DNA of 64,000 nt. Source: Patescibacteria group bacterium (GTDB taxonomy: Bacteria; Patescibacteriota; Minisyncoccia; Phycocordibacterales; UBA9973). Shown piece by piece: positions 36,854 through 46,391 of the stretch (within the stretch, counting starts at the first letter, position 1; each line of letters opens with the position of its first letter). The DNA lies in the NCBI GenBank assembly GCA_040384805.1, contig JAZKIP010000009.1, positions 1,490 through 65,489 of the forward strand. Direction: 5' to 3'. The notes beneath the pieces were generated by a model. It searched no databases. It saw only the letters and a program-made list of their open reading frames with translations, and was not told the origin of the DNA. The position numbers and the translations under genes are program-made.

Positions 36854-38224
36854 ATGGCAAACGATACAAACCTAAAACTGACATTCTGCTCGGGTGCGGG
36901 GACTGTCACGGGCGCAAACTTTTTATTGGAAGGGAATGGCAAGAAATTCCTCGTCGATTGCGGACTCATCCAGGGCGAAAAGCTCGCTGATGACATGAAC
37001 TGGGAGAAATTTCCTTACGATGCATCCGAAATCGATATTCTCTTTATTAGTCATGGCCATATCGACCATATCGGCCGTATTCCAAAGATCATAAGCGAAG
37101 GCTTCAAGGGGAGAATCGTCTCAACGATCCCGACTAAGGAGATCACCGAAGTTATGCTTGCCGATACTGCCCATCTTTTGTCTCGGGACACCGAGAACAA
37201 TCTCGACAAAATATACTCCGCCGAGAATATACAAAAGGCCATGAGTCTCTGGGAAACTCTCGAGTACGGGCAGAAGCTCAATGTCGACCACGGCTTTCAA
37301 TTTTCATATAAGGACGCGGGGCATATCCTCGGCTCAGGAATGCTCGAGATCGTTTATAACGGCAAGAAAATAGTTTTTACAGGCGACATCGGCAATTCGC
37401 CGTCACCTCTTCTTCCTGACCCTGATTTCATCACCGATGCTGATTACCTCGTCATGGAATCGGTGTATGGCGACCGCAATCATGAGGATCGCAGCTTGCG
37501 CAAAAAGAAGCTTGAACAGGTCATCAAGGACAACTATGCCCGTAAGGGAACATTGATGATCCCGACGTTTTCTCTTGAGCGTACGCAGGAACTTCTCTAT
37601 GAGATAGATTCTTTGGTGGAGAATAAGATCATACCCGAGATGCCGATCTTTCTCGACTCTCCTCTTGCGATCAAGCTGACAGCCGTTTATCTCAAATACG
37701 AAAGATATTTCAACGAGACTGCCAAGAAGATCATTGCCGCAGGAAACCGCCTTTTTGAATTTCCGGGATTAAAGCAAACAGAGGAGACTGAAGAATCAAA
37801 GGCAATCTTGCATGCGCCGAATCCAAAGATCATCATCGCAGGGTCAGGCATGTCCAACGGCGGCCGTATTATTCATCATGAGAAGAATTATCTGCCGGAT
37901 CCGAACAATACGATTCTCCTGATCGGGTATCAGTCAATCGGGACTCTCGGCCGGTTGATTGAAGACGGCGTGCGGGATCTTCATATTCAAGGAACTATTG
38001 TTCCTCTACGCTCGCACGTGGAAATGATCAGCGGCTATTCGGGACACAAGGATTCCGACGGTCTTGTCGAATTCGTCGGGCATACGGCTAAAACAGTCAA
38101 GAAAGTTCTGGTTGTCATGGGTGAGCCGAAATCATCCCTCTTCTTGTCTCAGAAATTGCGTGACAACCTCGGCGTGGATACGTATGCGCCTCAGGCCGGA
38201 GAAACTGTCATTCTTGAGTTTTAA
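36854..38224 (+). CDS. MBL-fold metallo-hydrolase of the beta-CASP (RNase J/CPSF-like) family
   Basis: HGHIDHIG motif, beta-CASP motifs A/B/C context and the C-terminal RNA-specificity region. Confidence 0.75.
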   Translation: MANDTNLKLTFCSGAGTVTGANFLLEGNGKKFLVDCGLIQGEKLADDMNWEKFPYDASEIDILFISHGHIDHIGRIPKIISEGFKGRIVSTIPTKEITEVMLADTAHLLSRDTENNLDKIYSAENIQKAMSLWETLEYGQKLNVDHGFQFSYKDAGHILGSGMLEIVYNGKKIVFTGDIGNSPSPLLPDPDFITDADYLVMESVYGDRNHEDRSLRKKKLEQVIKDNYARKGTLMIPTFSLERTQELLYEIDSLVENKIIPEMPIFLDSPLAIKLTAVYLKYERYFNETAKKIIAAGNRLFEFPGLKQTEETEESKAILHAPNPKIIIAGSGMSNGGRIIHHEKNYLPDPNNTILLIGYQSIGTLGRLIEDGVRDLHIQGTIVPLRSHVEMISGYSGHKDSDGLVEFVGHTAKTVKKVLVVMGEPKSSLFLSQKLRDNLGVDTYAPQAGETVILEF

Positions 38225-38225
38225 T

Positions 38226-38864
38226 ATGAATTTAAAAAATACACGAACCCAATATCTCTGTTATAACGGGCCTGTCGGCGCAGGGGGAACGAACGATCAT
38301 CTGAAAATCAAGATCGGCGTTTCAGGTGCGGCTGAGACAGGCGCCTGCGGCGTACGCGCTTTCGATCAGGCACAGGAGCTTGGCCGGGAGATCATCCGGC
38401 AGGGAGGCATACTTGTGACCGGAGCGACATCGGGATTCCCGATCTGGAGCGCCATGGGTGCAAAAGAAGAGCAAGGGTTGAGCATCGGCATTTCTCCGGC
38501 TTCCAATGAGCATGAGCATATCGACGTATATAAGCTTCCGATGGAACATATGGACTTTATCATCTATACAGGTTTCGGTTTTCCGGGCAGAGATCTCCTC
38601 TTTACGCGAAGCTGCGAGGCGGTCATCGTCGGATGCGGCCGAATCGGAACTATCCACGAGTTTACGATCGCGTTTGAGGACGGCAAGCCTATCGGAATTC
38701 TTGAAGGAGAGTGGACGATGGATGAGACGATCCGCGATATCATCGCCCGCGGCAACCGTCCTAACGATAAAATTGTTTTTGATTCGGACCCTAAAGCGCT
38801 TGTGGAGAAAGTCATCGCTCTAGTGGCGAAGGATAAGGCTCAGAGAAAACTCGCTCTAAATTAA
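38226..38864 (+). CDS. SLOG/TIGR00725-like Rossmann protein (DprA/LOG-related)
   Basis: IKIGVSGAAETGA...GGILVTGATSGFP...VIVGCGRIGTIHE resemble the LOG/DprA-like fold. ATG at 38226, internal start of ORF 38064..38864. Confidence 0.5.
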   Translation: MNLKNTRTQYLCYNGPVGAGGTNDHLKIKIGVSGAAETGACGVRAFDQAQELGREIIRQGGILVTGATSGFPIWSAMGAKEEQGLSIGISPASNEHEHIDVYKLPMEHMDFIIYTGFGFPGRDLLFTRSCEAVIVGCGRIGTIHEFTIAFEDGKPIGILEGEWTMDETIRDIIARGNRPNDKIVFDSDPKALVEKVIALVAKDKAQRKLALN

Positions 38865-38903
38865 AAATCCCCTCCGACCTTACGTCGGAGGGGATTTTTA
38901 ATT
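38865..38903. terminator. bidirectional terminator AAAAATCCCCTCCGAC-CTTAC-GTCGGAGGGGATTTTT
   Basis: 16-bp perfect stem between convergent genes. Confidence 0.75.
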
Positions 38904-39243
38904 AAAGGCTTTTTGCGATGCGGGAGAATGTTTCAGGATTGTCTTGAGCAAGCGTTGCCAAGATCTTGCGATCGATGACGATGTTCTTCTTTTTAAGCTT
39001 GTTCATGAATACGCTATAGGACATATCGAATGGCCTGATCGCCGCGTTGATGCGTGTTGTCCACAATGATCGGGCATCGGCTTTCTTGTCTCTTCGGTGG
39101 GCGAATGCGTATGCTCCTGCATGGAGAAGTGCTTCTTTTGCCTGCGCCTCCTTGGTGCTGCGGCCGAATCTGAATCCTTTCGTCTGCGCAAGGATATTCT
39201 TGCGGCGCTTGTTCTTGATAACTCCTCGTTTTACTCGTGTCAT
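38902..39243 (-). CDS. rplT: 50S ribosomal protein L20
   Basis: MTRVKRGVIKNKRRKNIL... L20 signature. Confidence 0.93.
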   Translation of the reverse strand: MTRVKRGVIKNKRRKNILAQTKGFRFGRSTKEAQAKEALLHAGAYAFAHRRDKKADARSLWTTRINAAIRPFDMSYSVFMNKLKKKNIVIDRKILATLAQDNPETFSRIAKSL

Positions 39244-39275
39244 AAAATGGTGATGTAATTAGTATTTGGTAAATA

Positions 39276-39467
39276 TTACGCGTTTGGCAGATATGTGCGT
39301 GTAATCTTGTTGGAAAGATGAAGGGTATTCATTTTCTTGCCGTTGAGCTGTTTCGTGCGGGATTGTTTCGCATTGAAGTGGTTGAAGCCCGGAGCGCGAG
39401 AAAGGATCTTCCCGTTCTTGGTGACCTTCAGGCGCTTGGTCATTGATTTGTTTGTTTTAATGCTCAT
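39276..39467 (-). CDS. rpmI: 50S ribosomal protein L35
   Basis: MSIKTNKSMTKRLKVTKNGKI... L35 signature. Confidence 0.88.
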   Translation of the reverse strand: MSIKTNKSMTKRLKVTKNGKILSRAPGFNHFNAKQSRTKQLNGKKMNTLHLSNKITRTYLPNA

Positions 39468-39491
39468 ATACTTCTTTTTTATTAATAAAAT

Positions 39492-40055
39492 TTAACTTAT
39501 TGCTTCTTGTTTTGGAACCTTGTTCTCGGCATCTGCACCTTTTGAAGGTATCTTGTCCTTTTCGATGGTCATCGTCGGGCCTTTGGGACCCTTTTTGTAT
39601 CCTTCCGCGATCTTGAAATTTTCGGTAATCAGATGAAGCACACGATCGAGGCGTTCCTTGAGAAATGCGTCTGCCATGTATTTCGCGCGGCCGGAAAGGA
39701 AAAGCTCTACCTTGATGCGATGGCCTTCGCGAAGCCATTCGGAGGCTTTCTTCGCCTTCATGGCAAGATCATTGTCTCCGGTTCCGATTTTTATCTGGAT
39801 GGATTTCGTCTCGGTCGTTTTGGCACCTTGTTTGGCTTTTTTCTGCTTCTTATTTTGCTCGTACTGGTATTTGCCGAATTCTGCTATTTTCACTATCGGA
39901 GGTTTGGCATTGGGAGAAATTTCAATCAAATCAAGACCGTCCTTTTGGGCAAGTGCAAGCGCCTCCTTTAAACTTAAAACGCCAAGGTTCGTACCCTCGC
40001 TTGAGATTACGCGAACCTCGAGAGCTCGTATTTGATTGTTGATTCTTTCTCTCAA
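39492..40055 (-). CDS. infC: translation initiation factor IF-3
   Basis: N and C domains of IF3 (INNQIRALEVRVIS..., KVELFLSGRAKY). The true start may be a non-ATG codon upstream. Confidence 0.9.
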   Translation of the reverse strand: MRERINNQIRALEVRVISSEGTNLGVLSLKEALALAQKDGLDLIEISPNAKPPIVKIAEFGKYQYEQNKKQKKAKQGAKTTETKSIQIKIGTGDNDLAMKAKKASEWLREGHRIKVELFLSGRAKYMADAFLKERLDRVLHLITENFKIAEGYKKGPKGPTMTIEKDKIPSKGADAENKVPKQEAIS

Positions 40056-40133
40056 AAAATTAGATACCGATAGAAATAAATAGAATTTGCCTACCTGTGA
40101 TTGATAATAGCATATTCATGTTAGTATGGCAAT

Positions 40134-40916
40134 ATGGATCAGAAAGTGATAAACGTCTATAAAAAATCAGGTCAAACCCCTCTTGAGTGCATTCAAAAAC
40201 TCAAAAACGCCCATCTGGAACTCAGGCATGTGCCGCTTTCATACGCGGGGAGACTTGATCCTCTTGCCGAGGGTGTTCTCCTTATTCTTGTAGGAGATGA
40301 GTGTCTGAAAAAGGATGACTATCTGGCTTTGGACAAGGAATATGAGATGACTATCCTCTTCGGCTTCTCCACGGATACATATGATGTGATGGGACTAGTT
40401 GACGAGTCGAAAGAGTCGCAAGATCTGATAGAGGATATCTCGGATAAAGTCTCACATATTCTCCCGCAATTTGTGGGCCGCATCAGTCAGAAATATCCGG
40501 CATACTCATCACGAACAGTGGATAGTAAACCCCTTTTCCAATGGGCCCGCGAGGGGAAGCTTGATGAAATCGTCATACCGTCGCATGATGTCTTTATAAA
40601 AAGTATCAATATCGTCTCCTCGGGCTCCGTGTCGTCAGAGGAATTTCGCAAGAAAATACACGAAATGATCACCGCTGTCCATGGCGATTTCCGACAGGAC
40701 CAGATTCTTGGTATATGGAATAAAATCCTACGACCGCTTCCGGAAAAGGAATTTCCCGTTCTGACTCTTCGTATTGTTTCCGGAAGCGGGGTTTATGTCC
40801 GGGCACTTGCTCATGATATCGGACAGGCTCTCGGCATTCCCGCTCTTGCCCTTGGAATTGTACGTACGAGAGTAGGGGATTACCGGAATCCGGAATATCA
40901 ACAAGAGATGATATAA
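40134..40916 (+). CDS. truB: tRNA pseudouridine(55) synthase TruB-like
   Basis: YAGRLDPLAEGVLLIL catalytic Asp motif. Confidence 0.8.
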   Translation: MDQKVINVYKKSGQTPLECIQKLKNAHLELRHVPLSYAGRLDPLAEGVLLILVGDECLKKDDYLALDKEYEMTILFGFSTDTYDVMGLVDESKESQDLIEDISDKVSHILPQFVGRISQKYPAYSSRTVDSKPLFQWAREGKLDEIVIPSHDVFIKSINIVSSGSVSSEEFRKKIHEMITAVHGDFRQDQILGIWNKILRPLPEKEFPVLTLRIVSGSGVYVRALAHDIGQALGIPALALGIVRTRVGDYRNPEYQQEMI

Positions 40917-40924
40917 TTTTATGT

Positions 40925-41878
40925 ATGAAAAAAATCGTTACAATCGGCGGCGGCACCGGACACTTTGCTATTCTTTCGGGATTGAAGAATCTTCCAGATA
41001 TTTCCCTGTCTGCGATCGTAACAATGTCAGACGATGGAGGTTCGTCCGGACCGCTTCGGCATGAGCTTGGCGTATTGCCTCCGGGCGATGTCAGGCAGTG
41101 TCTCGTTGCTTTGAGCGAAAGCGATGATGTGGTGAAAACTCTCATGAACTATCGATTCCGCGAAGGCAACCTTTCGGGGCATAGTGTCGGCAATATTTTG
41201 CTTGCGGGTCTCGAAAAAGTAACGGGGAATTTCCAAAGCGGTCTTGACGTTGCGTCCGATCTTCTGAAAGTCCGGGGCACTGTTATCCCTGTCACCGATG
41301 ATAATGCCATCCTCGCGGTTTCGCTTCTCGACGGATCAGTGATTGAAGGACAGGTCAACATTGGCCGGGCACGAATCCGCGAAGTGGGGCTTGATAAGAT
41401 CTTTTATACAAGCGATGTACGCTTGTCGGAGAAGGCTCGACAGGCGATCGTCGAAGCCGACTATATTATTATCAGTCCCGGCGATTATTATGAATCGATC
41501 ATCCCTGCTCTTATTGTTGGAGGATTTAAGGAAGCTTTGTCTGCAAGCGCAGCCGCGATAGTTTTTCCGATCAATCTTACCAATAAGGAGATCCATATGA
41601 AGCATTGGAAAGCGAGCGATTATATAAAAAACATAGAAACATATCTCGGAAAACGCATTGATGTTATTTTGATCAACAGCGAAAAGCCTTCTCTCGAACA
41701 GGAGAAACAGTTCGATTTGAAAAAAGAATCGGGAATCTTGGTCGAGGATGATATAAATGACGAGCGTGCAATCCGGAAGCCTCTTCTATCTTCTCTCCTT
41801 TTTGATCATGTTCGAAGTTTCCTGCGCCATGATCCTTCGAAGTTCGCCGAGGCTGTTTCTTCCGTCATAGAAAAATAA
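40925..41878 (+). CDS. YvcK/CofD-like gluconeogenesis factor family (UPF0052)
   Basis: MKKIVTIGGGTGHFAILSGLK...DDGGSSG signature. Confidence 0.8.
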   Translation: MKKIVTIGGGTGHFAILSGLKNLPDISLSAIVTMSDDGGSSGPLRHELGVLPPGDVRQCLVALSESDDVVKTLMNYRFREGNLSGHSVGNILLAGLEKVTGNFQSGLDVASDLLKVRGTVIPVTDDNAILAVSLLDGSVIEGQVNIGRARIREVGLDKIFYTSDVRLSEKARQAIVEADYIIISPGDYYESIIPALIVGGFKEALSASAAAIVFPINLTNKEIHMKHWKASDYIKNIETYLGKRIDVILINSEKPSLEQEKQFDLKKESGILVEDDINDERAIRKPLLSSLLFDHVRSFLRHDPSKFAEAVSSVIEK

Positions 41879-41879
41879 T

Positions 41880-42449
41880 ATGAAACTCATTTTTGATTTT
41901 GACGATACGCTTTTTGATATGAAAAATTTCAAGGAACGCATCTTCGCGCATTTAGAGAAAGCGGGAATATCGCGACAGGTTTCAGAGGATACCTATGCGA
42001 ATATGCGCGCCGATAACAGTCCTTTTTCTTTAAAGCAATTTATCTCGTCTCTTCTTGATCTTCAAGCCGCAGAAACTCCTGGTCCTGATTTTCTGTATAA
42101 CGAAATCTTACAAGAATCTCCCGCATACCTTCAGACTGCTCTCTGTGATGTTGTTAAAAAAGCGGGCTCCTCGAATTGTTATATTGTCACCAATGGAGAC
42201 GCGCAATATCAGCGCGATAAAATTAAAAAAAGCGGTGCAGAGCATTTATTTTCTGAAATATATGTGACTCCCGGGAGCAAAAAAGACATTATAGCCGGCA
42301 TCTGTGATCGAAACAGAAATGACCGCATCATCTTTATCGACAATAAGATCGAATTCATCCAAGATCTTGATATGAAGAAGTGTCCAAATCTCCAAACATT
42401 TCTGTACGACGGAAATAATCTATCGGACTTTATAAAACTAATAGGCTGA
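41880..42449 (+). CDS. HAD-superfamily hydrolase
   Basis: Motif I FDFDDTLFD at the N-terminus. Confidence 0.6.
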   Translation: MKLIFDFDDTLFDMKNFKERIFAHLEKAGISRQVSEDTYANMRADNSPFSLKQFISSLLDLQAAETPGPDFLYNEILQESPAYLQTALCDVVKKAGSSNCYIVTNGDAQYQRDKIKKSGAEHLFSEIYVTPGSKKDIIAGICDRNRNDRIIFIDNKIEFIQDLDMKKCPNLQTFLYDGNNLSDFIKLIG

Positions 42450-42547
42450 AGTCCGGAAAAGACAACTCAATAAATGAATATTTTTCAGGCTTATATCGCC
42501 TAATCCAGAATATTTACTTGAGCCTGTAAATAGTCTACTATGGGGAT

Positions 42548-45517
42548 ATGATTTCACGGATATATGTGACTCCGACGGTATCTGATTCCCGAGCGGAGAT
42601 TCTGGCCACATCCTTCAATAATCTCGACATTAAAGGAAAAGTCACTCATATATCCGTCATCGATTGCTATACGATCGACGCTCCGCTTTCGCCAACTGAC
42701 CTTTCCGCTTCTGCCGCTCTTTTTGCGAATCCTGTCGCCGAAAATGCGACCGTCGGCGGATTTCCGAAGATCCCGCCATTTTCATATCTCGTCGAGATCG
42801 GGTATCTTCCGGGTGTCACTGACAATGTGGGTCACACGGCCATGGAGGAGATCGCTGACAAGCTCGGACGACCCTTTAAAGACACGGAAGCTGTGTATGT
42901 ATCACGGCTTTTTTGTATCTCAGGAGAGCTTTCCGAATCCGATGCAAAAATAATTTCCTTATCGCTTCATAATCCTCTGATCGAGCGGGCGTATGTGGCA
43001 AAAGCCGATCTTATTAAGAAACAAAACGGCCTGCCTCTTGTTGTTCCTCAAGTTATTCTTCCCACGAAAACTCCCGTTATAAAAGTCTCGCTTGATCTGT
43101 CTGACGAAGAACTTATAAAGATCGGCAAAGAAGGAATTTCAGGCCCCGACGGCATACGGCGCGGACCGCTTGCTCTTGATCTTGAATCTATGAAAGTCAT
43201 TCAGGCATTCTTTCGGAAACTCAAGCGTGATCCGACGGATATCGAGCTTGAATCTCTTGCCCAGACGTGGAGTGAGCATTGCAAGCACACGATATTCGCA
43301 AATTCGATCGATGATATTAAAGACGGGCTTTACAAGACATACATCAAGGCGGCGACGAATATTATACGAAAAAACAAAGGCAAAGATGATTTCTGCGTTT
43401 CCGTTTTCTCCGATAACGCAGGCGGCATTGTGTTGGACAAGGATTTTATGGTGACGCACAAGGTTGAGACTCATAACAGCCCGTCGGCGCTTGATCCTTT
43501 CGGCGGAGCGATCACAGGCATTGTCGGAGTTAATCGCGATACGATCGGATTTGGTCTCGGAGCAAAGCCTATCGCCAATACGTACGGATTCTGTTTTGGG
43601 TATCCGGGCGATGTGCGGCCGCTCTATCGCGACAAGAATCTCACGCAGAAAATGCTCCCTCCACGCCGCATCATCGATGGTGTCATAAAGGGAGTCAATG
43701 TCGGGGGAAACTGCTCGGGCATTCCGACAGTGTCGGGATTTGTTCGCTACGATGACCGCTTCCGCGGGAAACCTTTGGTATTCGTCGGTACGGTCGGATT
43801 GATCCCGCGAAAAATAAACGGAAAACTTTCGCATGAAAAATCCGCTCGCATAGGCGACTTGATTGTCGTCGTCGGGGGACGGGTCGGAGCCGACGGGATT
43901 CACGGAGCGACATTCTCCTCTGTTGCCATGGATTCATCGAGCCCTGCGACTGCTGTTCAGATCGGCGATCCGATCACTCAGAAAAAATTAAGCGACGCGA
44001 TTATCAAGGAAGCTCGTAACAGGGAACTCTATACGAGCATCACCGACAATGGCGCAGGAGGCCTTTCATGCTCGGTTGCCGAGATGGCCAAGGAGTCCGG
44101 CGGAGCAGTCGTCGATATTGAAAGCATTCCGACGAAATATCCCGGCCTTTCGCCCTGGGAGATCTGGATCTCCGAATCGCAGGAGCGAATGACCCTTTCG
44201 GTGCCGAAAAAGAAATGGAATGAATTCAAGAATTTGATGGAATCGCGCGGTGTGCTTGCCGTTGTAATCGGAGAGTTTACCGATTCCGGGAAGTGTATTG
44301 TCCGCCACAATGGGAAAATGATCATGGATATGCCGATGGAATTCCTTCATAACGGCTTGCCGGTTCGTCATCTCATATCAGAAAAAAGTAAGAGCGTACA
44401 TAAAGATCCGAAAATTCCCAGGGGAGATTCTCGGACGAAAGAATTGCTCGCGCTTTTAAGAGAAGGGAATGTCGGAGGATTTTCATTCATTTCGGAGCAA
44501 TATGATCATGAGGTGCAGGCTACATCGGTAATCAAACCGCTTTCCGGAAAAGGTCGCATCAATACCGATGCCCAAGTCATCCGCCCTGTTCTTGATTCTA
44601 CGAAAGGAGTGATACTTTCTGAAGGCGTATATCCTTCGTACTCCGATATCGACACATATCACATGGCTGCATGCGCGATCGACACGGCTATCAGGAATGC
44701 TGTCGCCGGAGGCGGAAGCCTAAAACATTTGGCAATTCTCGATAACTTCTGCTGGTGCTCGTCATACGACAAGAAACGCTTGGCGGAACTCGTCGCAGCC
44801 GTTCGCGCCTGCTATGACTACGCCGTCGGGTACGGAACCCCCTTTATTTCAGGCAAAGACAGTATGTTCAATGATTTCCGCGGATACGATGAAAAGGGAA
44901 ATCTGATCGCGATTTCAATCCCGCCGACGCTTTTAATATCGGCGATCGGAGTGATGAAGGATATATCAAAGGCGGTCAGTCCTGAATTTAAGATGGCAGG
45001 CGATATCATTTATGTCTTGGGTGAAACTCATGATGAGCTTGGTGCAAGCGAGTATTACAAGCTCCTTGCTAAGGGTACCCTTGAGGATATCGGAAATAGT
45101 ATGCCTCGGGTTGATCTCCAAAAGAATATTAAAATATATCAGGCGCTTGAAAAGGCGATCGATAAGGAATTAATCGCATCATCACTCTCCCTTACGTCCG
45201 GAGGCCTTTCTGTTGGATTAGCGAAGGCCTCTCTTGGCGGCATGCTCGGATGTACGGTGAATGTCAAAAATATTCCCGGCACGGCATCATCGATTGACGC
45301 GAAGCTTTTCTCCGAAAGTCAGGGGCGAATCATCGTTACTGTAGCGAAGAAAAACATACGCGCTTTTGAGAAACTGATGAGGAATATCCCGCATGCGAAG
45401 ATCGGCACTGTTTTAAGGAACAAGAGTTTCACCATAACCGATGAAAAGAAAGCGATTGATACGATGGTCGATATTCTTGCAAAAAATTATCATAACTTCT
45501 CGCGGCAATTTAAATAA
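42548..45517 (+). CDS. purL: phosphoribosylformylglycinamidine synthase PurL with a roughly 225-aa PurS-like N-terminal extension
   Basis: WSEHCKHTIF, GVNRDTIGFG and GGRVGADGIHGATFSS are PurL signatures. The extra N-terminal region resembles the PurS-like domain of large PurL. Confidence 0.85.
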   Translation: MISRIYVTPTVSDSRAEILATSFNNLDIKGKVTHISVIDCYTIDAPLSPTDLSASAALFANPVAENATVGGFPKIPPFSYLVEIGYLPGVTDNVGHTAMEEIADKLGRPFKDTEAVYVSRLFCISGELSESDAKIISLSLHNPLIERAYVAKADLIKKQNGLPLVVPQVILPTKTPVIKVSLDLSDEELIKIGKEGISGPDGIRRGPLALDLESMKVIQAFFRKLKRDPTDIELESLAQTWSEHCKHTIFANSIDDIKDGLYKTYIKAATNIIRKNKGKDDFCVSVFSDNAGGIVLDKDFMVTHKVETHNSPSALDPFGGAITGIVGVNRDTIGFGLGAKPIANTYGFCFGYPGDVRPLYRDKNLTQKMLPPRRIIDGVIKGVNVGGNCSGIPTVSGFVRYDDRFRGKPLVFVGTVGLIPRKINGKLSHEKSARIGDLIVVVGGRVGADGIHGATFSSVAMDSSSPATAVQIGDPITQKKLSDAIIKEARNRELYTSITDNGAGGLSCSVAEMAKESGGAVVDIESIPTKYPGLSPWEIWISESQERMTLSVPKKKWNEFKNLMESRGVLAVVIGEFTDSGKCIVRHNGKMIMDMPMEFLHNGLPVRHLISEKSKSVHKDPKIPRGDSRTKELLALLREGNVGGFSFISEQYDHEVQATSVIKPLSGKGRINTDAQVIRPVLDSTKGVILSEGVYPSYSDIDTYHMAACAIDTAIRNAVAGGGSLKHLAILDNFCWCSSYDKKRLAELVAAVRACYDYAVGYGTPFISGKDSMFNDFRGYDEKGNLIAISIPPTLLISAIGVMKDISKAVSPEFKMAGDIIYVLGETHDELGASEYYKLLAKGTLEDIGNSMPRVDLQKNIKIYQALEKAIDKELIASSLSLTSGGLSVGLAKASLGGMLGCTVNVKNIPGTASSIDAKLFSESQGRIIVTVAKKNIRAFEKLMRNIPHAKIGTVLRNKSFTITDEKKAIDTMVDILAKNYHNFSRQFK

Positions 45518-45518
45518 T

Positions 45519-46391
45519 ATGACAAACGAGAAATTTTTCCCTACAGGAAATGAGCGCAAAAAAGTAGTAGAAGAGAATCAAAAGCAAACTGTCTCTTTTC
45601 AGGAAAAAGGCAAAAGCATGATACAAGATTCCCACTATTATACGGATGTCGATTCTCCTCTTGAAGGTTCAATGGTAGATACGGGCAATAGTTTCAGCTT
45701 TTCATTCCATGAGATAATTCCGCAGGGTTACATAAATATGCGCGACTATATTGAAAAAAATCTTGCAGAGAAAAAAGGCCACGCTGTGGGAATTGAGTTC
45801 GGAGGTCTTGGGTACAATCTTTTTGCCGGATTCGACAGGGGATTTTTTAAAAAGTCGCTTGGCGTAACTCTCGTTGACCATAGGATGGATAGCTGGAAAC
45901 AACAAGACGAAAAAATAGCAGAAGAAAAGAAATTAGATCATACCGTCGTCGAAGGGAATATTCTGTCGCCGGATTTATATAAGAACTTGGAGAAAAAGCT
46001 CGATAAGAAAAAAGCGGATCTCGTCATTGAGAGAATGTTCAGAGGTCTTGAATTCATGCCGCAGGAGCCATATGAAATAGGCAAGGTGTTGCAGAAATGG
46101 TATTCGATGCTTAATGAGAACGGAATGATGTTTGTCCAGGTGCCGGTTGTTTTCAATAATCTTCTTGAAAAATGGGGTTTGATGATTCAAAAAGGATATG
46201 GTCATGTTATAGAATTAAGATACAAGAAAGGAAAGTATGACATGGGCAGAGTGGATGATCCGTCGGTCTTCATCTTGAAAAAATTAAAAGGAGCTCCCGA
46301 GAAGCTGCCTTTCCTTGATCCGAGAACTGTTCAGGAAACGGAAAAAAATACTGATATAAATTATTATGAAAAAAGAAACACTGAAAATTAA
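45519..46391 (+). CDS. hypothetical protein, possibly a Rossmann-fold methyltransferase-like protein
   Basis: HAVGIEFGGLGYNL (motif I-like), VTLVDHRMD and ADLVIERM. Inserted between purL and purQ; 26-nt overlap with purQ. Confidence 0.4.
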   Translation: MTNEKFFPTGNERKKVVEENQKQTVSFQEKGKSMIQDSHYYTDVDSPLEGSMVDTGNSFSFSFHEIIPQGYINMRDYIEKNLAEKKGHAVGIEFGGLGYNLFAGFDRGFFKKSLGVTLVDHRMDSWKQQDEKIAEEKKLDHTVVEGNILSPDLYKNLEKKLDKKKADLVIERMFRGLEFMPQEPYEIGKVLQKWYSMLNENGMMFVQVPVVFNNLLEKWGLMIQKGYGHVIELRYKKGKYDMGRVDDPSVFILKKLKGAPEKLPFLDPRTVQETEKNTDINYYEKRNTEN

